From UHGV virus genome UHGV-0143875: DNA of 16,260 nt; one strand, 5' to 3'. A program made the position numbers and the translations under genes. Of this stretch, positions 1 through 8,446 are shown in pieces. The notes beneath the pieces are model-generated. The model saw only the letters and a list, made by a program, of their open reading frames with translations, searched no databases and had not been told where the DNA came from. This DNA comes from a virus. The stretch's first letter is position 1; every line of letters begins with the position of its first letter.

Positions 1-205
1 CTTCGGTATACGTTTTACCGAGCATGATGTCTTTTCCGGTGTGTCCGTGACATACGGTCCATACACCAACAATATCTTTGTATGGTATGTAGCTGACACC
101 CTCCAGACCATCGTTACCACTTGGGCCAGTGATTAGCACTGATGCTATAGCAATAGCCCCGCCACCAATAGCAGCTGCAACAGCTTTTCGTAATGATGGA
201 GGCAT
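1..205 (-). CDS. R: SAR endolysin (phage-21 R-type lysozyme), N-terminal portion only; gene continues beyond the window start
   Basis: Reverse-complement of 1-205 translates from ATG (203-205) as [61 protein letters not shown]..., a Gly/Ala-rich signal-anchor-release N-terminus followed by a lysozyme-like sequence. Its start overlaps the holin stop (TAATG). Matches phage 21 R from recall, not computed. Confidence 0.85.
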   Translation of the reverse strand, partial: MPPSLRKAVAAAIGGGAIAIASVLITGPSGNDGLEGVSYIPYKDIVGVWTVCHGHTGKDIMLGKTYTE

Positions 206-420
206 TATTCACCTCTCGCAGCCTTTCTTCTGTCTTCTCTGATTTTGAAGTACAGATTTGTCAGATAGGTGAGAAAGCCCAACACAAGGCTTCCAAGCAC
301 TCCAATCGCAGCCCACTGTGATGGACTGACCTGATCCAACCACTGTAAAAACCAGTATCCCGCACTACCAGCGGATGTTCCGTAAGCAATGCCAGTTGAG
401 ATTTTGTCCATTGATTTCAT
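205..420 (-). CDS. S: Class II holin (pinholin, phage-21 S-type), 71 aa with dual-start motif
   Basis: ORF track 205..420: [71 protein letters not shown]. Two hydrophobic segments and a charged C-terminus; Met1-Lys-Ser-Met4 gives the holin/antiholin dual start; sits immediately upstream of the SAR endolysin. Confidence 0.9.
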   Translation of the reverse strand: MKSMDKISTGIAYGTSAGSAGYWFLQWLDQVSPSQWAAIGVLGSLVLGFLTYLTNLYFKIREDRRKAARGE

Positions 421-538
421 AGCAACGCCTCCGCCAGTAACGGATTGCGTAGTTCTTATATTGGGAAGGGGAAAAAAGAAGGCCGCAGCATAACTATCAC
501 TGATGAATTCAGAATAGCCAGTGGCTACGGCTCAGTAA

Positions 539-614
539 TGGTGCTGGTTAACGGACTTGAACCGCTACCCATTCGCTTACAAGGCGACTGCTCTACCATT
601 GGAGCTAAACCAGC
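539..614 (-). tRNA. tRNA gene, 76 nt, encoded CCA; predicted anticodon UGU (Thr)
   Basis: Minus-strand sequence GCTGGTT-TA-GCTC-CAATGGTA-GAGC-A-GTCGC-CTTGTAA-GCGAA-TGGGT-AGCGG-TTCAAGT-CCGTT-AACCAGC-A-CCA folds by hand into a cloverleaf: 7-bp acceptor stem, 4-bp D stem, TTCAAGT T-loop, U33 and A37 flanking UGU. The 27-43 pair is a G-A mismatch. Not run through tRNAscan. Confidence 0.7.
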
Positions 615-619
615 ATATT

Positions 620-694
620 TGGAGGGGCAGCGTGGACTCGAACCACGATAAGAAGGTTAACGGCCTTCCGTAATGACCTTTATACGACTGACCC
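620..694 (-). tRNA. tRNA-like element (atypical; possible Asn-GUU-like tRNA or pseudo-tRNA)
   Basis: Minus strand GGGTCAG-TC-...-GAAGG-CCGTTAA-CCTTC-TTAT-CGTGG-TTCGAGT-CCACG-CTGCCCC-T-CCA. Perfect T-arm (GGTTCGAGTCC), perfect 5-bp anticodon stem and encoded CCA, but C at position 33, one acceptor-stem mismatch and a poor D-arm. Lies 5 nt upstream of the other tRNA. Confidence 0.4.
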
Positions 695-740
695 AAATAA
701 AAAAAGCCACCGTTGCAACTTAAGAGTCACTAACGGCAGC
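695..740 (-). terminator. Intrinsic terminator after the late promoter (tR'-like)
   Basis: Minus strand GCUGCCGUU...AACGGUGGC stem (two G-U pairs) followed by UUUUUUUAUUU, about 20 nt downstream of the Q stop and just upstream of the tRNA-like genes. Confidence 0.5.
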
Positions 741-743
741 TTA

Positions 744-780
744 CCTTCTAATTATGGCTAAATGGATAATTGCATGTCAA
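744..780 (-). promoter_or_regulatory. Candidate late promoter pR' (and presumed qut region) overlapping the 3' end of Q
   Basis: Minus strand TTGACA (plus 775-780), 18-nt spacer, CATAAT (plus 751-756). Position at the Q 3' end matches the arrangement in 82/21-type Q modules. Promoter call is by eye only. Confidence 0.45.
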
Positions 781-1276
781 GACTTTTAACAGCAATATGT
801 TTAACTTTCTCAACACGTTTACGCATTTTGAAAGCATTTTGCATTGGTTGGTACAAAACAAATAATGATGCTTTCAGGATGTCGTCAATTTCATTTCTAC
901 AGGTTGCCAGTGAAGGTTTTCTCCATCCCTCGCCACCACGTCCACACATCTTGCGTGGCTTTGCAGTCGCGTGATAGTAGGATGCAATTGCTCGCTTAGA
1001 TGAACCATGAGCGTAGTAGCTGAGGAGGATGCCAAAGGCTTTCTTGTCAATGCACATGACGGAATCAACGACCTGAGAAATCAACATTCCATCATCATCA
1101 TTGCACATTGGCCTTGTCATAATTCTTCCCGGCTCTACGCTCTCCATGAACTTCGCTATTACGCTGCTCATGCGCTTTTCCAGACGACCTGAATAAACCC
1201 ATGCGCCCCACAGTTCAAGCCATCCATTCAGCCAATCGTGCTGTTCTTTGGTGAGGTTTAGTTCTCTTATACCCAT
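758..1276 (-). CDS. Q: Late-gene antitermination protein Q (non-lambda type)
   Basis: 172-aa ORF ([35 protein letters not shown]...MCNDDDGM...) in the Q position between the nin region and the lysis cassette; resembles Q proteins of lambdoid prophages from recall. ATG at 1274-1276 overlaps the NinI stop. Confidence 0.75.
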   Translation of the reverse strand: MGIRELNLTKEQHDWLNGWLELWGAWVYSGRLEKRMSSVIAKFMESVEPGRIMTRPMCNDDDGMLISQVVDSVMCIDKKAFGILLSYYAHGSSKRAIASYYHATAKPRKMCGRGGEGWRKPSLATCRNEIDDILKASLFVLYQPMQNAFKMRKRVEKVKHIAVKSLDMQLSI

Positions 1277-1938
1277 GCGACTTCTCCCTGTACCTGAATC
1301 AATGTGAGGTTTCCGCAGAACACTGCGCCGGTATCGATATACATCTGGTTGGCAAATTTGAGTGGTTTCACTGCTGGCGTATGACCAAAGATGAACGTGT
1401 CCGCGCCTTTGATTTCTTTCACGATCCCGTCTTGTGAGTTGCTGATTCGTTCGCGGTTCCAGATTATCTGCTGATGATCAACTGGCTTTCCGAACTCGTA
1501 TTCATCACAAGGATAATCGGCGTGGCAGATGACATATTTTTTATCTTTGCTCACCAGTTCGATGATTAACGGAAGTTCTTCTGCTTTATGGGCAAGAGCT
1601 TTAGCCAGAATTTCTTTGTCGTAATCGAGATTAAAGAACCAGCCACCGCCATCAAGCAGCCAGTGATTAACGTTTCCACGCTCTGATAAGCCATCAATCA
1701 TCATTTGCTCATGGTTTCCACGTACAGCTCTGAACCAGGGGAATGTGATTAATTCCAGACATTCGACGTTCTCTGTACCGCGATCAACCAAATCGCCCAC
1801 CGAGATAAGCAGGTCTTTTTTGTTGTCGAATCCAATCGTATCCAGTTTGTTCATCAGGTTCGTGTAGCATCCGTGCAGGTCGCCAGCTACCCAAATATTT
1901 CGGTATTTGCTGCCATCAATTCTTTCGTAGATATTCAT
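1267..1938 (-). CDS. ninI: Ser/Thr protein phosphatase (lambda NinI / ORF221 family, calcineurin-like metallophosphatase)
   Basis: 223 aa containing GDLHG, GDLVDRG and GNHE metallophosphatase motifs; near-identical by recall to lambda phosphatase ([43 protein letters not shown]...). Confidence 0.9.
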   Translation of the reverse strand: MNIYERIDGSKYRNIWVAGDLHGCYTNLMNKLDTIGFDNKKDLLISVGDLVDRGTENVECLELITFPWFRAVRGNHEQMMIDGLSERGNVNHWLLDGGGWFFNLDYDKEILAKALAHKAEELPLIIELVSKDKKYVICHADYPCDEYEFGKPVDHQQIIWNRERISNSQDGIVKEIKGADTFIFGHTPAVKPLKFANQMYIDTGAVFCGNLTLIQVQGEVAWV

Positions 1939-2549
1939 GCAGCCTCACTTCTGCTGTTTCGCAGTTTTTTAAGTTTCTGTTGATACTCCGCCTTGATGGT
2001 CTTGCACTCTTCGACAGTCCAGCGATGGCGGTTATGGTTTGATTCGATTTCCTCTACTGCTTCCTGCCCGATGCGGCTAATCAGTTCGACGCAATACGGA
2101 ACGAGATTTCCGCTTTTGTGCTGGTTGCACACCACGCATTGCTTGTGAATATTGCGTTCATCAAATCGGAGTTGAGGTGCCGCAGCAGTTGTCCGGTAAT
2201 GTCCGGCATCCCACTGAGCAGACGTGAGCGTTCCGCACGAGATACATGGTAAGTCGCGGTCTCTTTCTCTGATGAAGGCGTTTACGGCTTGTTGGGCTTG
2301 TTTAATCCAGTAACTGCGGGGCTTTAAGGCGAGTTTCCGAATCTTAAGTTTATCTTTCTGTTTCTGCTCCTCTCGTCGTCGTTTCTTCTCTGCTGCTTTT
2401 TCCGCTTTTTCGCGTTCTTTACTTCGTCGTTCGAGTGCTATCTTGGTTCCACACTCTGGAGAGCACCACCACTGATTAGCGAATGCAGGGTGAAACCATT
2501 CCCGGCATTCATCGTTTTTACATCGTCTTCGCGCTGGTTTAGCCATCAT
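1935..2549 (-). CDS. ninG: NinG (Rap-like recombination-promoting protein)
   Basis: 204 aa, Cys-rich with a basic coiled segment; matches lambda NinG by recall; ATGA overlap with ninI. Confidence 0.85.
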   Translation of the reverse strand: MMAKPARRRCKNDECREWFHPAFANQWWCSPECGTKIALERRSKEREKAEKAAEKKRRREEQKQKDKLKIRKLALKPRSYWIKQAQQAVNAFIRERDRDLPCISCGTLTSAQWDAGHYRTTAAAPQLRFDERNIHKQCVVCNQHKSGNLVPYCVELISRIGQEAVEEIESNHNRHRWTVEECKTIKAEYQQKLKKLRNSRSEAA

Positions 2550-2733
2550 CTTCTTCCTCGTGCATCGAGCTATTCGGATCGCTCATCAGTTCTGCGCAGC
2601 AGTGCTCACACACGTGAACTTCCAGCACATGCAGCTTCTGACCGCAGTTAGCGCACGTTAAAGCTCGCTCGACGCTTTCTTGTTCGTAACTTCGATTTGT
2701 GTCAATCACCTTGTTTTCCTCATGCGGTTCCAT
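2539..2733 (-). CDS. ninF: NinF-like small zinc-ribbon protein
   Basis: Internal ATG at 2731-2733 of the long ORF 2539..3003 gives [64 protein letters not shown]; the C-terminal two thirds match lambda NinF by recall. The upstream part of the 154-aa ORF overlaps the next gene in another frame and is treated as non-coding. Confidence 0.6.
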   Translation of the reverse strand: MEPHEENKVIDTNRSYEQESVERALTCANCGQKLHVLEVHVCEHCCAELMSDPNSSMHEEEDDG

Positions 2734-2848
2734 TTGGCCTGTAACAGCCCGTAGACATAATCGAATGTCTTTACCTGGCTTTCTGTGGGGATTGGTTTCT
2801 TGCGGGATTTGGTGCGTTTGGTAGGAGTAAAAATCAGGTTGTCTAACG

Positions 2849-3022
2849 CTATTTGAGTAACGATTCGTCGCTGTCTCGCCATACGTCCTCCTTTTCCTGA
2901 GGTAGTGGTAACACCCCTGTTGGTGTTCTTTCACACCGGAGACACCATCGATTCCAGTAAGGTTGCCCGGGTCGAAAGCGATCGTCTTCCTTTCGCTCTC
3001 CACATCGATAACAGTGCTTCAT
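2849..3022 (-). CDS. 57-aa CxxC...CxxC zinc-ribbon protein (NinD/ORF57-like by size and position)
   Basis: Start moved to Met7 of ORF 2849..3040 ([34 protein letters not shown]...), giving an ATGA start/stop overlap with the upstream methyltransferase gene. Identity with lambda NinD is not verified. Confidence 0.5.
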   Translation of the reverse strand: MKHCYRCGERKEDDRFRPGQPYWNRWCLRCERTPTGVLPLPQEKEDVWRDSDESLLK

Positions 3023-3609
3023 GCGATCACCATTTTGCATGGTTTAATCGCCATGCCGGGAGCCAGTTCAAAATCGGAGTCGCACTGATTGCCCCACATA
3101 TCCCACCCGGTCACTTTGTCGCGGCTAAATAACTCACAGCGCGGCACGTCGCCAAGCAACTTAGCTAACATGTCTCTTACGATCGGTGGTTTTGCACTGT
3201 GCTCCATTCTCGGTGCGGTAAAGTGCTGGCATATTGAAGCGTCCATTCTCTCAGGCAACCGCCCTCGAACAGCAAACAAGCAATCCTCGCTATTTGCCCG
3301 GGTCATATGCCCCATTCCGATCGCACTGTTGCCTTTGTGCTTATTGGTTTTGTGCCAAGTAAAGCCTTTCATAGTCATCAACCTGAATCCCCACGCCTCA
3401 ATTACCTTTAGCGCTTCGGCTGGCTGTGTCGGCACCCACCACATCGCTAACAAGCAAGATTCTGGATCCGCTAAATCCCATACTGGCAGTCGGCAAATGT
3501 CCTGAACATTCATAACATCGTATTTATGTCCAGCACCGCGATTGCCATCGTTGGCTTTGTCGCGATATTGCCAAGGCGGATCTGCGTAAATAAGTCGGTA
3601 TTTGTTCAT
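3019..3609 (-). CDS. DNA N6-adenine methyltransferase, MT-A70/DPPW family (orphan, no restriction partner seen)
   Basis: 196 aa starting [15 protein letters not shown]...; the DPPW motif near the N-terminus is the catalytic signature of phage Dam-like adenine methyltransferases. Occupies the slot between ninB and ninD (the lambda ninC position). ATGA overlap with ninB. Confidence 0.8.
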   Translation of the reverse strand: MNKYRLIYADPPWQYRDKANDGNRGAGHKYDVMNVQDICRLPVWDLADPESCLLAMWWVPTQPAEALKVIEAWGFRLMTMKGFTWHKTNKHKGNSAIGMGHMTRANSEDCLFAVRGRLPERMDASICQHFTAPRMEHSAKPPIVRDMLAKLLGDVPRCELFSRDKVTGWDMWGNQCDSDFELAPGMAIKPCKMVIA

Positions 3610-4046
3610 GCAGCTTTATCTCCCCATCTCGCTTTCCACTCCAGAGCCAGTCGCGCTTCGTCTGACCACTTAACGCCACGTTCTGTACCGAATGCCTGTA
3701 TAAGCTCTAATAGCTCCGCAAATTCGCTTACACGCATCCTGCTGGTTGACTGGCCTATTACCACAAAGCCATTCCCGGCAAGGTTAGGAACAACGTCCTG
3801 CTGCTTTAATGCTGCGGTAAACACACACTTCCAGCTTTCTGCATCCAGCCAGCGACCATGCCATTCAACCTGACGAGAGACGTCACCAAGGCAAGCCCAA
3901 AGCTTTCGATTCTGGTCTAAGCTGCGGTTGCGTTCCTGAATGGTTACTACGATTGGTTTGGTTGGGTCTGGAAGGATTTGCTGTACTGCGTGAATAGCGT
4001 TTTGCTGATGTGCTGGAGATCGAATTTCAAAGGTTAGTTTTTTCAT
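3606..4046 (-). CDS. ninB: NinB (Orf family recombination mediator)
   Basis: From ATG at 4044-4046: MKKLTFEIRSPAHQQNAIHAVQQILPDPTKPIVVTIQERNRSLDQNRKLWACLG...; near-identical to lambda NinB/Orf by recall. The ORF-track start 18 nt upstream is probably a non-ATG artefact. Confidence 0.9.
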   Translation of the reverse strand: MKKLTFEIRSPAHQQNAIHAVQQILPDPTKPIVVTIQERNRSLDQNRKLWACLGDVSRQVEWHGRWLDAESWKCVFTAALKQQDVVPNLAGNGFVVIGQSTSRMRVSEFAELLELIQAFGTERGVKWSDEARLALEWKARWGDKAA

Positions 4047-4061
4047 GACTTCCCTCTCCCC

Positions 4062-4094
4062 CAAATAAAAAGGCCTGCGATTACCAGCAGGCCT
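4062..4094 (-). terminator. Intrinsic terminator tR2 (upstream of the nin region)
   Basis: Minus strand AGGCCTGCTGGTAATCGCAGGCCT (8-bp perfect stem) followed by TTTTTATTT, between ren and ninB, exactly where lambda tR2 lies. Confidence 0.8.
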
Positions 4095-4119
4095 GTTATT
4101 AGCTCAGTGATGTAGATGG

Positions 4120-4410
4120 TCATCTTTTAACTCCATATACCGCCAATACCCGTTTCATCGCGGCACTCTGGCGACACTCCTTAAAAATTAGGTTCGTGCT
4201 CATCTTTCCTTCCCGTTCTTCCTTGGTAGCAAACCGGTAATACACCGTTCGCCAGACCTTACCTTCGATAACCAGAAGACCTGCCCGTGCCATTTTAGCC
4301 GCGGCCTGATTTATGCTGGTTACTGTTGCGCCTGTTAGCGCGGCAACGTCCGGCGCACAGAAGCTATTATGCGTCCCCAGGTAATGAATAATTGCCTCTT
4401 TGCCCGTCAT
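4120..4410 (-). CDS. ren: Ren (Rex-exclusion escape protein)
   Basis: 96 aa MTGKEAIIHYLGTHNSFCAPDVAALTGATVTSINQAAAKMARAG...; matches lambda Ren by recall; positioned after P. Confidence 0.9.
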   Translation of the reverse strand: MTGKEAIIHYLGTHNSFCAPDVAALTGATVTSINQAAAKMARAGLLVIEGKVWRTVYYRFATKEEREGKMSTNLIFKECRQSAAMKRVLAVYGVKR

Positions 4411-5108
4411 ACACTTGCTCCTTTCAGTCCGAACTTAGCTTTGAGTTCTGCGATCTTCGCCAGAGCCTGTGCACGATTTAGAGGTCTACCGCCCATGACA
4501 GGAAGTTGTTTTACTGGTTCAGGGATCGCCTCACCACGGTTAATTCTCGCAGTCATATGGACAAGCTCATCTGCGGCCTTACGGCGTAATTCCGCATCAG
4601 TAAGCGCATTGGCCCGCATGTTCTGATACAGGTTGGTAACCAGCCAGTAGTGCGCGTTTGATTTCCACGGATAAGACTCCGCATCCGGATACAGGCCTCG
4701 CTTCCGGCAATACTCGTAAACCATATCAACCAGCTCGCTGACGTTTGGCAGTCCGGCGATAACGGATGCTTCTTCCCGGCACCATGCAACAAACTGCCCG
4801 GGTGATGGCAGAAATGGCCGATTCTGCCGACGGGCTACGCGCATTCCTGCGTTAACCTGTTCCATTGTGGTGATCCCGTTTTCCCGGAAAGCCAGAACCC
4901 ACTGGCGGCGGATTTCGTTCAGTTCGTTCTGGTCACGGTTAGCCAGACTCGCCGGGAAAGTTGCCAGTAACTGGCTGAACACACCGTTGATGATCTGCGC
5001 TACCTGCTGTACCTGCGGCTTTTCGTCGTACTGTTCCGGCATGTTGTTGGCGATCCTACGCATCTGCTCACGGTCAAAGTTAACCATCTGTGCGGCGATG
5101 TTTTTCAT
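4407..5108 (-). CDS. P: Replication protein P (DnaB helicase loader)
   Basis: 233 aa MKNIAAQMVNFDREQMRRIANNMPEQYDEKPQVQQVAQIINGVF...; lambda P by recall; overlaps O and ren at both ends. Confidence 0.95.
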   Translation of the reverse strand: MKNIAAQMVNFDREQMRRIANNMPEQYDEKPQVQQVAQIINGVFSQLLATFPASLANRDQNELNEIRRQWVLAFRENGITTMEQVNAGMRVARRQNRPFLPSPGQFVAWCREEASVIAGLPNVSELVDMVYEYCRKRGLYPDAESYPWKSNAHYWLVTNLYQNMRANALTDAELRRKAADELVHMTARINRGEAIPEPVKQLPVMGGRPLNRAQALAKIAELKAKFGLKGASV

Positions 5109-6004
5109 AGATCCACCCCGTAAATCCAGTCTGTGTTTGTCAGGTCGAGTTTTGGTTTGCTGGCTGTCACGACTGCCTGTTGCTTGTTACGGTTGATTTC
5201 GAGTTGGGTCCACTTGTCGCGGAGTTTGGCCGGACTTAGCACGTTACCGGACCAGAAGTTGTCCTGGCATGCCCAGCGGAACAGTACACACATGTCGCGG
5301 TGGTTACGTCCGTCACGTTCACGCATCAGGCGGATATCGTTAGCCCACCCTGCAAAATTCGGTTTTCTGGCTGATGGCGCGATGGTCTTCACCATGTCAA
5401 ACATCCACTCTGCGGCGGTCAGGTCTTCTGCTGTCCCCCACTTGCTGCCGCTCTGAATTGCAGCATCCGGTTTCACCACAGAAAGGTCGTTTTCTGGCTG
5501 GTCAGAGGATTCGCCAGAATTCTCTGACGAATAATCTTTTCTTTTTTCTTTTGTAATAGTGTCTTTTGTGTCCCCCTGTTTTGAGGGATAGCAATCCCCC
5601 AATTTGAGGGATGTTTTATCCCTCGTTTTAGGGGATTTTCCCTCGTTTTGAGGGATGCACCATTCTGAGATGTTTTTGTTTGGTCCAAACATGCCGCCTT
5701 GCTGCTTGATAATATTCATTCTGACGAGTTCTAACTTGGCTTCATTGCACCGTTTGACAGGTAACTTTGTAATCTCGCTAAGTTGAGAATCGGTGATTCT
5801 GTCCATTGGTTTATTCCACCCATAGGTTTTACGCAGAATGGCAAGCAGCACTTTAAACTGTCGCTTGGTCAGATCTGCGCCTGAATAAGCCTCAAGCAGC
5901 ATATTTGATAGTCTGGCGTAACCATCATCGAGATCTGCCACATTACGCTCCTGTCCGGCAAAGTTACCTCTGCCGAAGTTGAGTATTTTTGCTGTATTTG
6001 TCAT
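5105..6004 (-). CDS. O: Replication initiator protein O
   Basis: 299 aa MTNTAKILNFGRGNFAGQERNVADLDDGYARLSNMLLEAYSGADLTKRQF...; lambda O by recall; contains the origin iterons within its coding sequence. Confidence 0.95.
   Translation of the reverse strand: MTNTAKILNFGRGNFAGQERNVADLDDGYARLSNMLLEAYSGADLTKRQFKVLLAILRKTYGWNKPMDRITDSQLSEITKLPVKRCNEAKLELVRMNIIKQQGGMFGPNKNISEWCIPQNEGKSPKTRDKTSLKLGDCYPSKQGDTKDTITKEKRKDYSSENSGESSDQPENDLSVVKPDAAIQSGSKWGTAEDLTAAEWMFDMVKTIAPSARKPNFAGWANDIRLMRERDGRNHRDMCVLFRWACQDNFWSGNVLSPAKLRDKWTQLEINRNKQQAVVTASKPKLDLTNTDWIYGVDL
5537..5656. other. Origin of replication (ori-lambda type): four iterons plus adjacent A+T-rich region, inside O
   Basis: Four ~18-19-bp iterons of form TCCCTC-N6-GAGGGA at about 5571-5589, 5594-5612, 5618-5636 and 5639-5656, flanked at 5537-5570 by the A+T-rich tract ttttcttttttcttttgtaatagtgtcttttgtg. 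Confidence 0.9.
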
Positions 6005-6014
6005 AATGACTCCT

Positions 6015-6091
6015 GTTGATAGATCCAGTAATGACCTCAGAATTCCATCTGGATTTGTTCAGAACGCTCGGTTGCCGCCGGGCGTTTTTTA
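6015..6091 (+). ncRNA. oop: oop antisense RNA (about 77 nt, antisense to the cII 3' end) with its intrinsic terminator
   Basis: Plus strand GTTGATAGATCCAGTAATGACCTCAGAATTCCATCTGGATTTGTTCAGAACGCTCGGTTGCCGCCGGGCGTTTTTTATT: 8-bp stem ACGCUCGG/CCGGGCGU followed by a U-run, overlapping the cII stop at the cII-O junction. Matches the lambda oop region by recall. Confidence 0.7.
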
Positions 6092-6330
6092 TTGGTGAGA
6101 ATCGAAGCAACTTGTCGTGCCAATCGAGCCATGTCGTCGTCAACGACACCCCATTCAAGAACAGCAAGCAGCATTGAGAACTTTGGAATCCAGTCCCTCT
6201 TCCACCTGCTGATCTGCGACTTATCAACGCCCACAGCTTCCGCTGTCTTCTCAGTTCCAAGCATTGCGATTTTGTTAAGCAACGCACTCTCGATTCGTAG
6301 AGCCTCATTGCGTTTGTTTGCACGAACCAT
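6037..6330 (-). CDS. cII: Transcriptional activator cII
   Basis: From ATG at 6328-6330 (RBS AGGAAATACTTACAT upstream): MVRANKRNEALRIESALLNKIAMLGTEKTAEAVGVDKSQISRWKRDWIPKF..., 97 aa; lambda cII by recall. The ORF-track N-terminal extension is not coding. Confidence 0.95.
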   Translation of the reverse strand: MVRANKRNEALRIESALLNKIAMLGTEKTAEAVGVDKSQISRWKRDWIPKFSMLLAVLEWGVVDDDMARLARQVASILTNKKRPAATERSEQIQMEF

Positions 6331-6364
6331 ATGTAAGTATTTCCTTAGATAACAATTGATTGAA

Positions 6365-6441
6365 TGTATGCAAATAAATGCATACACCATAGGTGTGGTT
6401 TAATTTGATGCCCTTTTTCAGGGCTGGGATGTGTAAGAGCG
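6365..6441 (-). promoter_or_regulatory. nutR (boxA + boxB) and tR1 region
   Basis: Minus-strand boxA CGCTCTTA (plus 6434-6441) and boxB GCCCTGAAAAAGGGC (plus 6410-6424), followed by palindromes ACACCTATGGTGT and ATGCAAATAAATGCAT (6365-6400) matching the lambda tR1 region by recall. Confidence 0.75.
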
Positions 6442-6449
6442 GGAATGTC

Positions 6450-7804
<1,355 letters not shown>

Positions 7805-7854
7805 TCCCCACCTCAATCTCGATAACCAAAAAACAAACTATTTTCCGTTTAAAA

Positions 7855-7935
7855 ACAATGGAGTTTGTTTTTCATGCCCCTTTTTTACAATATTTATTGT
7901 TTACAACATACAATCTTTCTTGTAATTTTAAGCCA
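7855..7935 (+). promoter_or_regulatory. OL operators (three 434-type sites) and promoter pL
   Basis: ACAATGGAGTTTGT (7855-7868), ACAATATTTATTGT (7887-7900), ACAATCTTTCTTGT (7910-7923); candidate -35 TTTACA (7900-7905) and -10 TAATTT (7923-7928); leader beginning ATCAGCAGGACGCACTGACC matches the lambda pL transcript start by recall. Confidence 0.75.
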
Positions 7936-7967
7936 TCAGCAGGACGCACTGACCACCATGAAGGTGA

Positions 7968-7998
7968 CGCTCTTAAAAATTAAGCCCTGAAGAAGGGC
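7968..7998 (+). promoter_or_regulatory. nutL (boxA CGCTCTTA + boxB GCCCTGAAGAAGGGC)
   Basis: boxA at 7968-7975 and boxB hairpin at 7984-7998 in the pL leader upstream of N. Confidence 0.85.
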
Positions 7999-8108
7999 AG
8001 CATTCAAAGCAGAAGGCTTTGAGTAGCGCGAAATGCAGCTGCAAGACAGCAACCGTGGAGATAAGCATCACGGCGCGTTACTCAAAGCTAACTGACAGGA
8101 GAATCCAG

Positions 8109-8435
8109 ATGGATGCACAAACATGCCGCCGCGAACGTCGCGCAGAGAAACAGGCTCAATGGAAAACAGCAAACCCCCTGTTGGTTGGGGTAAGCGCAAA
8201 ACCAGTTAACCGCCCTATTCTCTCGCTGAATCGCAAACCGAAATCACGAGTAGAAAGCGCACTGAATCCGATAGACCTTACAGTGCTGGCTGAATACCAC
8301 GAACAGATTGAAAGCAACCTGCAGCGTATTGAGCGCAAGAATCAGCGCACATGGTACAGCAAGCCACGCAGTGAAATGGGTGTGACTTGTGTTGGTCGCC
8401 AGAAAATGAAATTAGGCAGCAAACCACTTATTTGA
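8109..8435 (+). CDS. N: Antitermination protein N
   Basis: From ATG at 8109: MDAQTCRRERRAEKQAQWKTANPLLVGVSAKPVNRPILSLNRKPKSRVESALNPIDLTVLAEYHEQIESNLQRIERKNQRTWYSKP...; arginine-rich motif at the N-terminus; lambda N by recall. The ORF-track upstream extension (8019-8108) is leader. Confidence 0.9.
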   Translation: MDAQTCRRERRAEKQAQWKTANPLLVGVSAKPVNRPILSLNRKPKSRVESALNPIDLTVLAEYHEQIESNLQRIERKNQRTWYSKPRSEMGVTCVGRQKMKLGSKPLI

Positions 8436-8446
8436 GAGGAATTAAT

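Noticed and set aside
420-539. Possible third tRNA, or toxin genes (as in Stx phages), between the tRNAs and the holin
   Set aside because: The interval is only ~120 nt, has no T-arm-like GGTTCGA motif on either strand and no ORF; nothing supports a tRNA or toxin gene.
445-651. 68-aa plus-strand ORF spanning the tRNA region
   Set aside because: Overlaps the two minus-strand tRNA-shaped elements; no RBS; composition looks like chance reading through structured RNA genes.
762-1192. Plus-strand and alternative-frame ORFs (762..974, 874..1068, 1007..1192) inside the Q gene
   Set aside because: Embedded antisense or off-frame in a well-supported Q coding sequence; short and without start context.
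2539-3003. 154-aa ORF treated as one gene
   Set aside because: Only the C-terminal ~64 codons (from ATG at 2733) resemble NinF; the upstream part overlaps the 57-aa zinc-ribbon gene in another frame and lacks a sensible start, so it is read as an artefactual extension.
3089-3873. Plus-strand ORFs 3089..3505 and 3526..3873 antisense to the methyltransferase and ninB
   Set aside because: Antisense to well-supported genes; Ser/Ala/Leu-rich low-complexity translations typical of spurious frames.
4369-5196. ORFs 4369..4626, 4553..4792 and 4867..5196 overlapping P
   Set aside because: Alternative frames or antisense within the P gene; no independent support.
5473-5688. 71-aa minus-strand ORF across the origin iterons
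   Set aside because: It is an off-frame read of the O gene through the iteron repeats; the repeats are DNA-level origin elements, not a separate gene.
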